Of a stretch of DNA of 64,000 nt, positions 10,830 to 22,693 are shown in pieces; within the stretch, counting starts at the first letter, position 1; each line of letters opens with the position of its first letter. The translations under genes were made by a program, and so were the position numbers. Origin of the DNA: Felis catus (Eukaryota); assembly GCF_018350175.1 (NCBI RefSeq), contig NC_058383.1, positions 20,524,001 to 20,588,000 on the forward strand. Direction: 5' to 3'. Below the pieces are notes generated by a model that had not been told where the DNA came from, searched no databases, and was given only the letters and a program-made list of their open reading frames with translations.

Positions 10830-11930
10830 CGCTTTATTAAAAATTAAGTCGCAAATTATAACACTCGCTGGGGAAGATTTGCTTTCCTCCCGATTACAGT
10901 TAATAGAAGAAAATTAATGTAGCAATTAATGTGGCTGCTCTTACCGCCCAACGGAACGCGCACGGGGCCACAGCCTCTTCCCACGGCTTGATCCCGGGAG
11001 AAGCAGGGCCTGGAGCTTAATAAAGTTTTGCTTTTCCTGTGTTTAAACTCGCCGGCCATAACTTCCTTAAGAAACACACAGAAAGAGATTATTTAACATT
11101 TTAGAGGTTCCCATGAGCCATAAATCATTTTCACACGCGCCATATTTGTTGAAAAGGACAGAATACATTCAATTTTACAGTATATTAAACTTCATCTAAT
11201 TTGAGCGTAAGAACAGACCAGCAAAATAAATGACCAATTTCTGAAGCAGAAATTACCATTTGGTTGGTGCCATTACAGAGCTGCTGGTATTTTATCATGT
11301 TCTTAACATAATATTGCTTGTCTAGCGATGCATAGTTATAATGCTATTCCAAATTAGAAGGCAGTGAAAGAAAAGTGCACACAGTTTTTTTTAATAGGCG
11401 TCATTTGTCAGATGTTATTCGGAGGGCTTTGTGCTGATGATAATATGCAGATTAAAGGAGAAGTAAATAGGGAGACAAGAGGAACGGCCACCAGGAGGGA
11501 AGAGGTGCCCACTCCTGAGCTCCTGGACCCTCCGCTGTCAGGGAGAGAGGGATGGCCAGGCGGCCACAGCCCCCCGGGCACAGATAACGGTAATTAATTT
11601 GCGCTGGAGCCTTCCAGGAAGGGGAGCTTCCTGGAAACATACCGCCTGGAATTCAACGTGGGGTCTCGGCCCACGGGAACCGCCGGAATCACCAGGGGTG
11701 GCCGCGCACCGTGTCACACGTGAAACGCTCTCACATCCGTTCAGCGCGCAGATGTGCGAAGAGACCCCCCCCCCCAACGGGTAGACACCTGTTCCCTAAT
11801 TAAGCCCGTGTTAGGGAGGGGAAGGGCCGGGCCTGGCCAAACAAAGGGACTGGCTCCGACGGTCAAAGCCAAGAAGCGGCCGGGCAGCCGGGCAGAGCCA
11901 GGCTGGGCAGGCTCTCTACCTCATCAGCTC
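10830..11930. promoter_or_regulatory. Candidate distal enhancer / conserved non-coding element
   Basis: About 1.1 kb with no recognisable repeat; many TAAT/ATTA cores, PBX-HOX CCATAAATCA (11118-11127), tandem TTCNNNGAA (11612-11636). Function is inferred. Confidence 0.5.
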
Positions 11931-12084
11931 AGCCATTCATTCCACAGATAGGAATTAAGAACCGATCAGGCGCTAGGGTCTGGGCCAGGTGCTCTGAGAA
12001 GTACAGAGCTTGGACCCTGGCTTTCTAGAAAGCGTGGTCTAAGAAGGCAGGCGAGCCCGTGGGCGAAAAGCACAGATCTGGAAA

Positions 12085-12250
12085 TGAAGCTGAGCGGCTC
12101 TGAATCCCAGCTCTGTTCCCTTACGTGCTGTGTGACCATAAGCAAGCTACGTAACCTCTCTGAGCCTCACTTTTCTCCTCTTTAAGAAGGGCACGCTAGT
12201 AGCCCCCACCGCACAGACTAAGGAAAATTAAATCGCTAGAGCTGTGCTTT
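12085..12250 (+). mobile_element. MIR
   Basis: tgtgtgaccataagcaagctacgtaacctctctgagcctcacttttctcctctttaagaaggg core. Confidence 0.8.
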
Positions 12251-12649
12251 GGATGGTATCTGGCCCTCCGTGAGCTTTTATCGCCCGCCCGTGAACACAG
12301 TCACATCCCAGTTCAGGTCACTGTCCTCTCTCACCGGGAGTTCTCTGCCTCCTACCTGGTATCCCAGCCTGCCACCAGGACTCCGGCCACCTCTCCTACC
12401 ACTCACCCTCTATAATTCTGCTCTTCGGCCACACTGAACCATGAACCACTCCAGAACTTTCAGTCTTCTCTTTTATGGTCTCACTTGTTTCCTTGATTCT
12501 GCGAAAGCAATGCCTTCTTCTTAGAAGTTCTCCTTCTTGTCTCGACTTAAAGATCCCCTCTTCTGGAAAGCCAGCCATCATGCTCAAGAATGGCTCAGAT
12601 GTGACCTCCTCTGCCCCCTAAATTAGGCTCCATCTGGAGCCAGTCCCAA

Positions 12650-13579
12650 AGTGTCCTCTTCAAACCAGCAAGCAATTCTCAAACACCATCATGGTTTCCA
12701 AGAGTATAGCTCCGACCCAACTCAATTTGGACACCCTCAACCCAGGGACGGCACCAGATTCCACGTTTGGGGCTCAGTCCCCCAAGACGCCCTCCACTTC
12801 AGACCCCAACCGTGAGCCCAGGTGGTTACCTGTGCTTCTGACCGGCTGGTTATAATTCAGAGGTTCTCACGATCCCCTTCCTTGGGTTCCATGAACTTGC
12901 TAGAATGGCTCACAGAACCCAGGAAACCCGCTTACTCACAAGACAACCAGTTTATTACAAAAGGTATTAAAGGAAATCAATCAACAGCCAGATGAAGAGA
13001 TACAGATGTCCCCAACAAAGGAGCCTCTGTCCCTGTGGAGCGTGGACCCAGCAGGGTAGGACATGGAAGCATTCTCGTTCTCCAACCTGGACATTCTCTG
13101 AACCACCTCCTTCTGGGTTTTCACAGAGGGGTTGTTACACAGGCTTAGTTGATTAACTCAATGGCCATTGGTGATTAATTCAACCTCCACCTTCTCTCTC
13201 TCCTCCCCGTAAATCAGGGGGTGAGACTGAGAGTTCCAAGCTCTGTTCAAGGTTGATTCCCCTGGCAACCAGCCCCCATCCTTAGGGGCTTTGCAAAAGT
13301 CACCTCATCCACATCAACCCAGTTGTGGTGAAAAAGGACTTGTAAGGACTAACAAGACGTCCATTTCACCTTTATGGCTTTGACAAGATTTCAGGAACTG
13401 AGGACAAGAGACCAAATATTATCACAAAAGATGGTCTTCTTGCTCTTATCGCTCGAGAAGTTCCAAGGGTTTGGGGAGCTCTGAGTCAAGAACCATGGAC
13501 ATTCTCAAACATATATGAGAAACGTATCTTGGTCATGTGTTTGCCCCAATATGTATTTCTTCTAACTCACAATATGGCA
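12650..13579 (-). mobile_element. MER21-like ERV solo LTR
   Basis: The reverse complement starts tgccatattgtgag…; contains MER21-like blocks (antisense ctagaatggctcacagaacccaggaaac and gattaactcaatggccattggtgat). Confidence 0.8.
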
Positions 13580-13904
13580 CCCACACGCCATGTCGTGTTT
13601 CCCTCACTATAGTAATTCTCACACGAGATACAATCATCGGCTGTCTCGCATATTGCTGCCAATGGAGCATGAGTGGAGTAGAGTCGAGTCTGAATTGTGT
13701 CTTTCAAGTTCTCCACTTATATCCCAAGTACCAAGTCCCTGGCAAGAAAGTGTTCAGTAGTTATTGGCTGAATAACAAATGAGACCCAGCAGCCTCCAAG
13801 CTTGGGCCTTGCCCTCACCCTCCGTAACATCGAGACCCACAGTCAGGCGAGAAGAGGCTCAGGGCTGGTGATGTGCCAAGGCGTGCCAGGCTGAATCGGG
13901 GCGC

Positions 13905-14120
13905 TCTGTAAGTCTCAGATTTATGCCCTACGCTCATGGCTGTGGGGCCAGCCTCCCAGATCACATAAATCACCATGCAGCAATCTGGCTCGGGCGCTGG
14001 GGAGCCTCCTAAGCTCATAGCACTTTGCAGAGGAGCCGCTGGAATTAGGCATAAATCTACTTCTTGATTGAATAAGCAAACACCCCACTGCTCGAAATGA
14101 TTTACTAAATTACAATGCAT
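13905..14120. promoter_or_regulatory. Candidate enhancer with clustered HOX/PBX-type sites
   Basis: Four GATTTA(T/C) sites plus TGATTGAA and GCAAACA in ~190 bp of non-repeat sequence. Confidence 0.45.
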
Positions 14121-14330
14121 AGCGACAGACCTGGGATATTTGGAGCATGGACCTGCTTAGCAATCGGACCTCCTCCAGCTCCGTGGATTCCTCCACCTCT
14201 GCCCCTCCCTGGTTCCACCAGTGATTTCCCTCCAACCACTTGCCCAGTCAACCAACACTCACAGAGCATCCCACCATGCCAAATTAGGTGCTTACGTATA
14301 AATTATCTCATTTAAATTTAACTTATGCAA

Positions 14331-14489
14331 GGCGCCTGGGTCGCTCAGTCGGTTGAGATTCTGGATTTCGGCACAGGTTATGATCCCAGGGTCATGGGAT
14401 CGAGTCCCGAGCTCTCTCTCTCTCCCTCTGCCTCTCTCCCCCATTTGTGCTTTCTCTGTCTCTAAAATAAAATTAAATAAATAAGAAAT
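14331..14489 (+). mobile_element. Internally deleted Can-SINE inside an antisense MIR (~14250-14660)
   Basis: TSD aaatttaacttatgcaa at 14314-14330 and 14490-14506; MIR text resumes after it. Confidence 0.9.
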
Positions 14490-14774
14490 AAATTTAACTT
14501 ATGCAACAACCCTGGAAATTTAGGGACCATATAATTTCCCCCTTATTTTTCAGGTCAGGGAACTGAGGTTTGGAGAAGTTAGGAAACCCCCAATATTACA
14601 GAGCTAGTGAGTGGCAGAGTTGAGATCCGACCTGCAAAATATCCACCAAGCCCAGGGATATTTCTGCGATGACCAGATTCTCTCTTGTCGTATTTCTACC
14701 TTGCCCACAAATCCCTCTTCCCAATTCCTCTTTTTACGTTTTCCTTTCTTTCCCCCCACCCCAACTTTACGGAA

Positions 14775-15120
14775 GGGTAATTGATACACACATATGCAAA
14801 AAAAACCACATAATAAATGTTTACATTTGATGGCACTCATGTTACCATCGTCACAATCAAGGTAATGAAAATATCCATCACCTCCAAAAGTTCCCTTGGG
14901 TGCCTTTATTGGTTTTGTTTGTTTGTCTGTGTATCTTTTGGGTTTTGACTGTTTGGGTTTGTTTGTTTTTCGGGGGGAGGGACACTTAACATGAGATCTA
15001 CCCTCTTAACCAATGTGTGCGTGCACAGTACGTTATCGGTAACTGTGTCCATTCTGTTGTAGGGCAGATGTCTGGGAATTTACGCATCTTATGCGTCTAT
15101 GACTTTCTAGTCCTTAAACA
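14775..15120 (-). mobile_element. L1MA/MB-like 3' end (a truncated + strand Can-SINE follows at ~15123-15260)
   Basis: Antisense L1 3'UTR text (catcgtcacaatcaaggtaatgaaaatatccatcacctcc; acttaacatgagatctaccctcttaac). Confidence 0.75.
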
Positions 15121-15339
15121 GGCCCTGTGCCGACAGCTCGGAGCCTGGAGCCTGCTTCGGATTCTGTGTCTCCCTCTCTCTCTGCCCCACTCCCGCTCAC
15201 CCTCTTGTCTCTCACTCCCTCTCTCAAAATTAAATACGTATTTTAAGAAATAAATTAATTAAACAAATAAAGTACAAACAGGAGGTACCAAAAGGAGTAA
15301 GGAAGGGAACAATCATCTTACACTTTCTTGCCTCCACAC

Positions 15340-16660
15340 CTAAAATTAAAAAATTCAAATTTATACAAAAGTAGAGAATATAATGAAAGTTCAGATGCCC
15401 ATGACTTTGCTTCAACAAGTGAGTTCAATCTAGTTTCATTCACATCCTCACCCCATTTTTCCTTGCCCTTATATACATATTTTTAAATCCCAAATATCGC
15501 GTCGTTTATATATATTTATGAAAAATACGAATGTATCTAGAAAAACAACATAACCTTGATGTAATTATCACACCTAAAAATTATTTGATATTCCCAAATA
15601 CCTAATTAGCATTGACATCTCCTTGATTACATTAAAAGCCGTTATACAGTGTGACTGATCTGAATCCAAATGAAGTCCGTATATTGTGATTAATTTACAT
15701 GTATCTTTACTCTCTTTTAACACACAGGGCCATCCTACACATATTTTCCTCATAATAGATACGTAAGAAGATACAGACACAAAGTCAGACATAGGCACAG
15801 ATACAAGAATGACAAGAACACAGTCATACACATGGTCATAGGCACAGACATAAAGACAGACAGCTAAAAAAAAAAAAAACTGATTCATTTGTTCTAAGGA
15901 GTTCCCCAGAGTCTTAGTTTTGCCAGTTGTTCCTCCGTCCCCCCCTATTTCTTATAAGCTGACATTAGACCCAAAGTCTTGATAAAATTCAAGTTCACAT
16001 CTTTGGCCAGACTACATCATGGGAGATGTGTACTTCCCCTAGAAGGCATGTGATTTCTGATTGTATTTTTGTAATGTCATTGCTGATCCGTAAGTCGATC
16101 CATAAATTCATTAGGAATTGAAAAATAATGATATATGTGTTCTATTATTACTTCCTTGTTCATCAGGTAGGATATACAATTCATACAGGAGAGTCAGAAT
16201 AAATGCTTCGATGGTTCTTTTTATTTGCCAGTTTTCAAATCGATGAGTTGGTTCTCCAGCAGTTTTCAACATTTTCAACCATGAACCGTGATCTGTTGAT
16301 TTGTTTAGAATCATCATGAACTCATGAATTTAAGCATACTTGATATACTTTAACCCACTGAAGTTAGTATTTTTTGGTAATGCTCTAATAGTCCCATTTT
16401 TGGCCCCTGGGATCTTATGTTGGTTTTTGAGTCCTTGACTCAAGACCGGTACCTTCTGCTGGCTTTCTTGCTCTCTAGAATGACAATGTATTTCAGGCTC
16501 ATCTTGCACACTCTCTATCGTGGTCCTGGATTCAGCCATTTTGCCAATCAGCCTTGACTGTTCTGAGTGGAAAATGGTATTTAGAGATCATAATTTGCAT
16601 CCTGGGGCTGTCCACTGCCAGTGAGTTGGTCACTGTTTCTGGGCCTTTTCCGTGGACTCC
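15340..16660 (-). mobile_element. Old L1 (L1MC-like) 3'UTR
   Basis: Antisense L1MC-type blocks (tatacaaaagtagagaatataatgaa; tttctgagtggaaaatggtatttagagatcataatttg). Confidence 0.7.
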
Positions 16661-17227
16661 ATACTTAATCATCTCTTCCTTCCTCTTTAACCTATACTTC
16701 CTCTACCTGCCCCCCTACCCCCACTTCTTCACTTATTGAAAGACAGAATGACTTGTTCCACACCTCACATAAGACTCCCCAATTCCCACTCCCTCTCAAA
16801 GACGGGGAAGACTATTCTAATAGGGAAAAAGAGGCATAGGTTCAATGAAGGAATGTGGATTCAAAGTCCCTTTAAGGTTCAAACTAGCATTCAGATTGAT
16901 GTGAGGGCTGGAAGTTACTTACACTGGTCGTAATTTACGCTAGGAGTACTTACCTTGGTAGTTACGTACGCTAAGTTTCCATGAGATAGAACCTGCAAAC
17001 ATCCTATAACCTCATCTTCCATATTATTCATCCAACCTTCGCCCAGGGGAAGGCATTAGATGTGAAAACAATCAGTATCATTCACTGCATAAGTGCTATA
17101 ATAGAGCTTTCTAGAAGGGTATGGATTCAGCGCAATGCGATGAGAAACTGACCAGCTGAGACAGGAGAAAGCCAGGGAAGTCCTCAAGGGAGAGTTGATA
17201 CTTGTGCTACATTTGAAGAATTAGTGG

Positions 17228-17514
17228 ACCTGTGTGGGTCCTGAGAAACTTAACAGAAGACCATGGGGGAGGGGAAGGGGAAAAAAATGGTTAGAGGGGG
17301 AGGGAGCCAAAACATAAGAGACTCCTAAAAACTGAGAACAAACTGAGGGTTGATGGGGGGTGGGAAGGAAGGGAGGGTGGGTGATGGGTATTGAGGAGGG
17401 CGCCTGTTGGGATGAGCACTGGGTGTTGTATGGAAACCAATCTGACAATAAATTTCATATTAGAAAGATAATAAATAAAATTATAAACGCATCTACAAAA
17501 AATAAAATACAATA
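17228..17514 (+). mobile_element. 5'-truncated felid L1 3'UTR inserted in an L2 (~17070-17830)
   Basis: gagaaacttaacagaagaccatggggga…ggaaaccaatctgacaataaa; TSD aagaattagtgg at 17216-17227 and 17515-17526. Confidence 0.92.
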
Positions 17515-18564
17515 AAGAATTAGTGGGAGTTTATCCAGCACAGAAGGATAGCGCTTCTAGGTATAGATAACAGCATATCAAAGGGATATGGTAATGCACA
17601 GGTATAATGGTACTTGTGCCTACCTCGGAACGGACTAGAATCAGCAAGATGATACGGATAACGCTGCAACGGACCCGGCGTGTACTGACAAGGGCCTGAA
17701 CTAGAGCAACGAGAAGGAAGAAGCAGGAACCTCAGAGTTTCGGCAGGGAGACAGGCGCGGACCAGAAGTCTTGGGCGCATGTGATGAGGCACGAAGGAAT
17801 ATTCAAGATCTACGGCCTGAGGGACCCAAGTCAGAGTAGGAATTCAGATGGAAAGGAACACTTTGATGGGGAAGTTGAAGAGTTTCTTGCCGGCTGTGAT
17901 CATTCGAGGTGCTCAGGTGGCTCAACGCCCTGGGATACCCTGAGGCTAGAGTTGCGGGTAAGTGGGAGAAGAGTTTATGATTCTCAGGGCGCCTCTTACA
18001 GCCGACTCCTTCTCAGCAAGCCAGACCATAAGCAGCTTTTTACGCATGGCTCTCAATGCTCTGAGCCACGGTTACAGCCGATAGGTTTGGGGTTTGGCCC
18101 AGCTCAGACCAACAATCAGAGAAGCGGCCCTGATGTGGGAATCTTACCTACGATGGACCTGCCATATTGCCCGGTGACCAGCTGACTACCCTGGGGAGTA
18201 GTAAATGACCTAACCAGATCATATCTCCTGGAAAGTTCATGTAAGAAAGAGAGACACACGCAGAAGACCACACAGAGACCTAGACGGCCACAGAGGGAAG
18301 CAATAAAAAGAAGCCGAGAGACTTTTTACTGCTAGCATAAAGGTGCTAGGTTGGATTTAGGTGCTAGAGCAGACAGATTCCCAGGAGACACGGCACCATC
18401 AGAAGGGGAGAAATGTCACCCAGAGGTCAACGACAGCCCGATGAATTCTGAATGACGCTCCCGTTCGTTCTGTAGGGATGAGGGCTGAAGTAACGTCCTA
18501 ACGTAGCAAGAAACGGTGCCTAGGCCAGAACTGAGGGCAGGTGCCTCTGACAGGTACATTTAAA

Positions 18565-18777
18565 TTTTTTTTTTAACGTTTATTTATTTTTGAGACAGAG
18601 AGAGACAGAGCATGAGCAGGGGAGGGTCAGAGAGAGAGGGAGACACAGAATCTGAAACGGGCTCCAGGCTCTGAGCTGTCAGCACAGAGCCCGACGCGGG
18701 GCTCGAACTCACGGACCGTGAGATCATGACCTGAGCCGAAGTCGGCCGCTTAACCGACTGAGCCACCCAGGCGCCCC
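18565..18777 (-). mobile_element. Can-SINE
   Basis: TSD tctgacaggtacatttaaa at 18546-18564 and 18778-18796. Confidence 0.96.
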
Positions 18778-19100
18778 TCTGACAGGTACATTTAAACGAC
18801 ACCCCACATCACCCTCCACACTCAGAACGCCCGGGGAGGATTCCTGTAAAGACAGAGAGAATGGTTTCTGTGTGCAGGGGACAGCAAAGGGCAGAGTATG
18901 GCTTCAGTCAGGGTGACGGCAGGTGTGCCCAAGCCGAAGGATTTGGGGAAACACTAGACACAGGTCATTTGCCTTTTCTGGCCAAGCCAGTGGAAATTTA
19001 GCACGGAGCTAGGGACGGAATTCTTACCAAACTGTCATGGAACCCAGTCCCTGAAAACACTGGCGGTTGTCACACGCGCCGTTAAGAATAGAAGGGAAGA

Positions 19101-19315
19101 GGGGCGCCTGGGTGGCGCAGTCGGTTAAGCGTCCGACTTCAGCCAGGTCACGATCTCGCGGTCCGTGGGTTCGAGCCCCGCGTCGGGCTCTGGGCTGACG
19201 GCTCGGAGCCTGGAGCCTGCTTCCGATTCTGTGTCTCGTCTCTCTCTCTGTCCCTCCCCCATTCATGCTCTGTCTCTCTCTGTCTCAAAAATAAATAAAA
19301 CGTTAAAAAAAAAAA
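19101..19315 (+). mobile_element. Young Can-SINE
   Basis: TSD aatagaagggaaga at 19087-19100 and 19316-19329. Confidence 0.96.
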
Positions 19316-19856
19316 AATAGAAGGGAAGACACCAAGGAAATGGCCGTGACCAGAACACAGGAAACTCAGTGTGTTTATTTCCATGTTTCTCTGAGACATC
19401 CTGGGAACTCCCTGATTCCTGCAGAGTGGCTGTGGGAGAACACAGTCACCAAGGACCCGGCGGGGCTTAGAGTCTAAGAGATGTGGACATTGCTGTCACT
19501 GTGTCCTCATCTGTAATCACAGGATTTCCAAACCTAGGGTGTAGCCTTACCTATACTCCCTCCCTGTCCCCTACCTCCTTACAACAAACTCCCCCGGTCT
19601 CTCTACAGATCTACTTTCTTGCTAACTGTAATGAGCTTCATTAACATCACCAGAGGAAATAAAAATATAGATCTGACTGTCACCGGCAGCATTTGGCTGA
19701 AACCTTTTCCAGGTAACGCCTTCCTGACACTTGATCTCCCTTGGGCTTCCGGAGACAGCTCAGAAAATCCAAGTTGAACGTACTAGCCTTCCGCCTTGTA
19801 GTAACTGCCCTTGAGCACCTGATGTGTTGTCCTTTGTCTTAGAATCTCAGTAATCA

Positions 19857-20071
19857 GGGGTGCCTGGGTGGCTCAGTCTGTTAGCATCTGACTTCGGCTT
19901 GGGTCCGTGATCTCTCAGTCTGTGGGTTCGAGCCCCGCGTCGGGCTCTGTGCTGACAGCTCAGAGCCTGGAACCTGCTTCCGATTCTGGGTTGCCCTCTC
20001 TCTCTGCTCCTCCCCTGCTTGCTCTCTCCTTCTCTCTCTCTCTCTCCAAAATAAATACACACTAAAAAAAA
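19857..20071 (+). mobile_element. Can-SINE
   Basis: TSD agaatctcagtaat at 19841-19854 and 20072-20085. Confidence 0.93.
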
Positions 20072-20254
20072 AGAATCTCAGTAATTAGACCAGTCTTTCT
20101 CATATAGTTGTTTTCCTACCTTAAAGTTGTGAGCACAGTGGCCGATCCAAGGAGATGCTTTATAAAAAATGCTTCTTGTTGATAACTAGATTTGAAGTCT
20201 TCTGTATCATTTTAAAAATCAGATTACCGTTAAAAAAAAGGTTTTTTTTAAGGC

Positions 20255-20690
20255 GGAGGTCACCTGGGTGGCTCAGTGGGTTAAGTGTCCAACTTCAGCT
20301 CAGGACATGATCTCACAGTTCGTGGGTTCGAGCTCCGCATTGGGCTCTGTGCTGACAGCTCGGAGCCTGGAGTCTGCTTTGGATTCCGTGTCCCCCCCCC
20401 CGCCCCTCCCCTGATCTCTCTCTCTGTCTGTCTCTCTCTCTCTCTCAAAAATAAATAAACATTAAAAAGGGGGCACCTGAATGGCTCAGTCGGCTAAGCG
20501 TCCAACTTTGGCTCAGGTCGTGATCACACCGTTCATGGGTTCGAGCCCTGCACTGGGCTCAGGGCTGACAGCTCACAGCATGAGGCTGCCTTGGATTCTG
20601 TGTCGCTCTCATTCTCTCTCTCTCTTTCTCTCTGCCCCTCCCCCACTCGTGCTCTCCCTCTCTCTCAAAAATAAACATTAAAAAAATAAA
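20255..20690 (+). mobile_element. Two tandem Can-SINEs (20255-20468, 20469-20690)
   Basis: Two head-(CT)n-tail units; the second begins directly in the A tail of the first. Confidence 0.9.
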
Positions 20691-21574
20691 CCTTAACAAC
20701 CTGTTTTTAACCATTAAAAACAACTAAAGATAAATAAATAAATGAAAGTCAAGTGCCTAAGGCTGGCCTCAGGTAATTCTTTGTAAACCCAAGGTCTTTC
20801 CCATCCGTGCAGAGATTTGCCTTGCTCAGCATTTGGTTCAGGAGCACGCACACTTGCTGGGGCGTTTTCACGAGGGCCCGTGGCACTGGCCAAAGCCGGT
20901 GACAGCCGGGGCCTTGATTCTGTGACTTTCTGTCGTTTCTTCCTGGCCCCTCTCCACCTCCCGGAGACCTTCCAATCGTACTGGCTCCAAGCAGAGTGAC
21001 AGGTCTGTCAAACTTCAGCTGGATTTGCATTGTGTGCCCTTGGAGAAGTGGCGGGGCGGGGGGGGGGGCGGGAAGGGGGGACGGAGTGACCATCTCAGCC
21101 TGGAAAAGCTGCCAGCCGGTCTCAAAAGCACCCACAGCCCATGTGACAAGAAGTGAGGCACTGTGCCCGTCCTCCACCCAGCAGGTGGGAGAGCCAGGAA
21201 ACGCCTGAAGTCCCTGGTTGGGAAGTAAGTAACTCCTCACCCGCTCTCCTGATCCCTGTGACCTGTCGATTCAACCCTTCTTCTTCTCTCGCTAAGACCC
21301 AGCAGCCTCCTGTTTTCCCTGAAGTCTGGGCTCAAAATCAGCCATGGAGCTGGTTCTAAGACATCAGGGAGATCCCACTTTCCCTTTATTTAAAACTCAC
21401 CAGTGGCTCCGCCGGCGTCTCGGAATAAAAGCCTAAGTGCTCAGAGTGACATACGTAAGCTGTTCCTTTTCAGGATCACCCCCTCCCCGAGACTCAGCTT
21501 CCCGCTGTACCCCCAGCGCCTGCCATGCAGGAAGCACGAGACGGAAGTCCCTTGCGAGTCGGCAGGCTGAGGCT

Positions 21575-21910
21575 GACGTCGAGAGGAATGGCTCCCGCCG
21601 ATGACCCCTGCCTCCCGACCGTCACACCCTCACATAATCTTAGCCCTTGAGTGTGGGCGGAACCCGTGACTTGCTTCTCGCCAACAGACTCCGGCAAGGG
21701 TGATGCGGGTCGACGTCGCGATGTGTACATGATTACGAACTAAGACTGTGGTGCTCCTCTTGCTGGATTCTCTCTGAGCCGCGGTTGGCTCTGGATGAGC
21801 GAGTCGCCATGGTGTGGCCTACCTCTCGGAGGGCTCACGTGTCCAGCAACTGAAGGTGGCCTTTAGAAGCGGAGGGTGGCCTCCAGTCAAGAGCCGGCGA
21901 TAAACTGATG
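21575..21910 (+). mobile_element. MaLR LTR fragment (MLT1E/F-like)
   Basis: ccttgagtgtgggcggaacccgtgacttgcttctcgccaacaga motif; caactgaaggtggcc. Confidence 0.65.
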
Positions 21911-22069
21911 CCCTCGGCGTAATCATCATAAGGAACTGCAATATTCCTACAACGGGAGGTCTTTTGCTGACCGGAGTCCTTGCCCACACCTTTGCCGCAA
22001 CCATACGAGGCCACGAGCAAGGGACCCAGTTAAGCCAGAACGAGACAGTAAGCCTCCTTAGCAGTTGTG

Positions 22070-22250
22070 CTACATAAGACTCTGCCTACATCGCATTTAC
22101 TAATATCCCTTTAGCCAAAGCATGGCACCTGGGCTAACCTAGATTCAAGGGTACAGAAATAGACCCCATCTCTTAATGGGAAGACCGACAAAGTCACGCT
22201 GCAAAGGAAGAAGGGGATGGAAGGAATTTATGGCCATTTATTCACCCTGC
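22070..22250 (-). mobile_element. MaLR LTR fragment (MLT1J-like)
   Basis: ttagccaaagcatggcacctgggctaacctagattcaaggg…ccatctcttaatgggaaga. Confidence 0.6.
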
Positions 22251-22693
22251 TTCAAGTAGGAGTCGTTCTAGGTACCACTCACTGGTGGATTGAGGCTCAT
22301 ATCTATTTTCAGGTGAGGATGAGTTGACATGAGGTCGGCTTCAATGGAGAAAGAAGGGGTCAGAGCAGCGATCAACCTAGCGACACTGCAGGGATCTGGA
22401 ACTGGGATCCAGACCTCTCCTTCCCCTTCTTCCAGCTTGTTCTCTCAAATGAGACCTCCCTTAAGAACTTCTAGAACATCTACGACTCACCCTTGTTATT
22501 CCTCTTGCCTCTTTAGTCCATTGTAAAGATCTGGAAGTTCTTCCGTCATATTGCTTTCTCCATGCATTCGTTTTTCATTCATTCATTCATTCATTCATTC
22601 AGTAATACTGTTTTGAGTTCCTACAGTGAACTTGGGCCTTAATTAATTCTTCCATTTACCCAAACCACCCTCTTTCTTGTACATAATCTTTTT

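Noticed and set aside
11480..11930. Possible CpG-island promoter
   Set aside because: Short and only moderately CpG-rich, similar to other CpG-rich patches in the window, with no downstream exon evidence.
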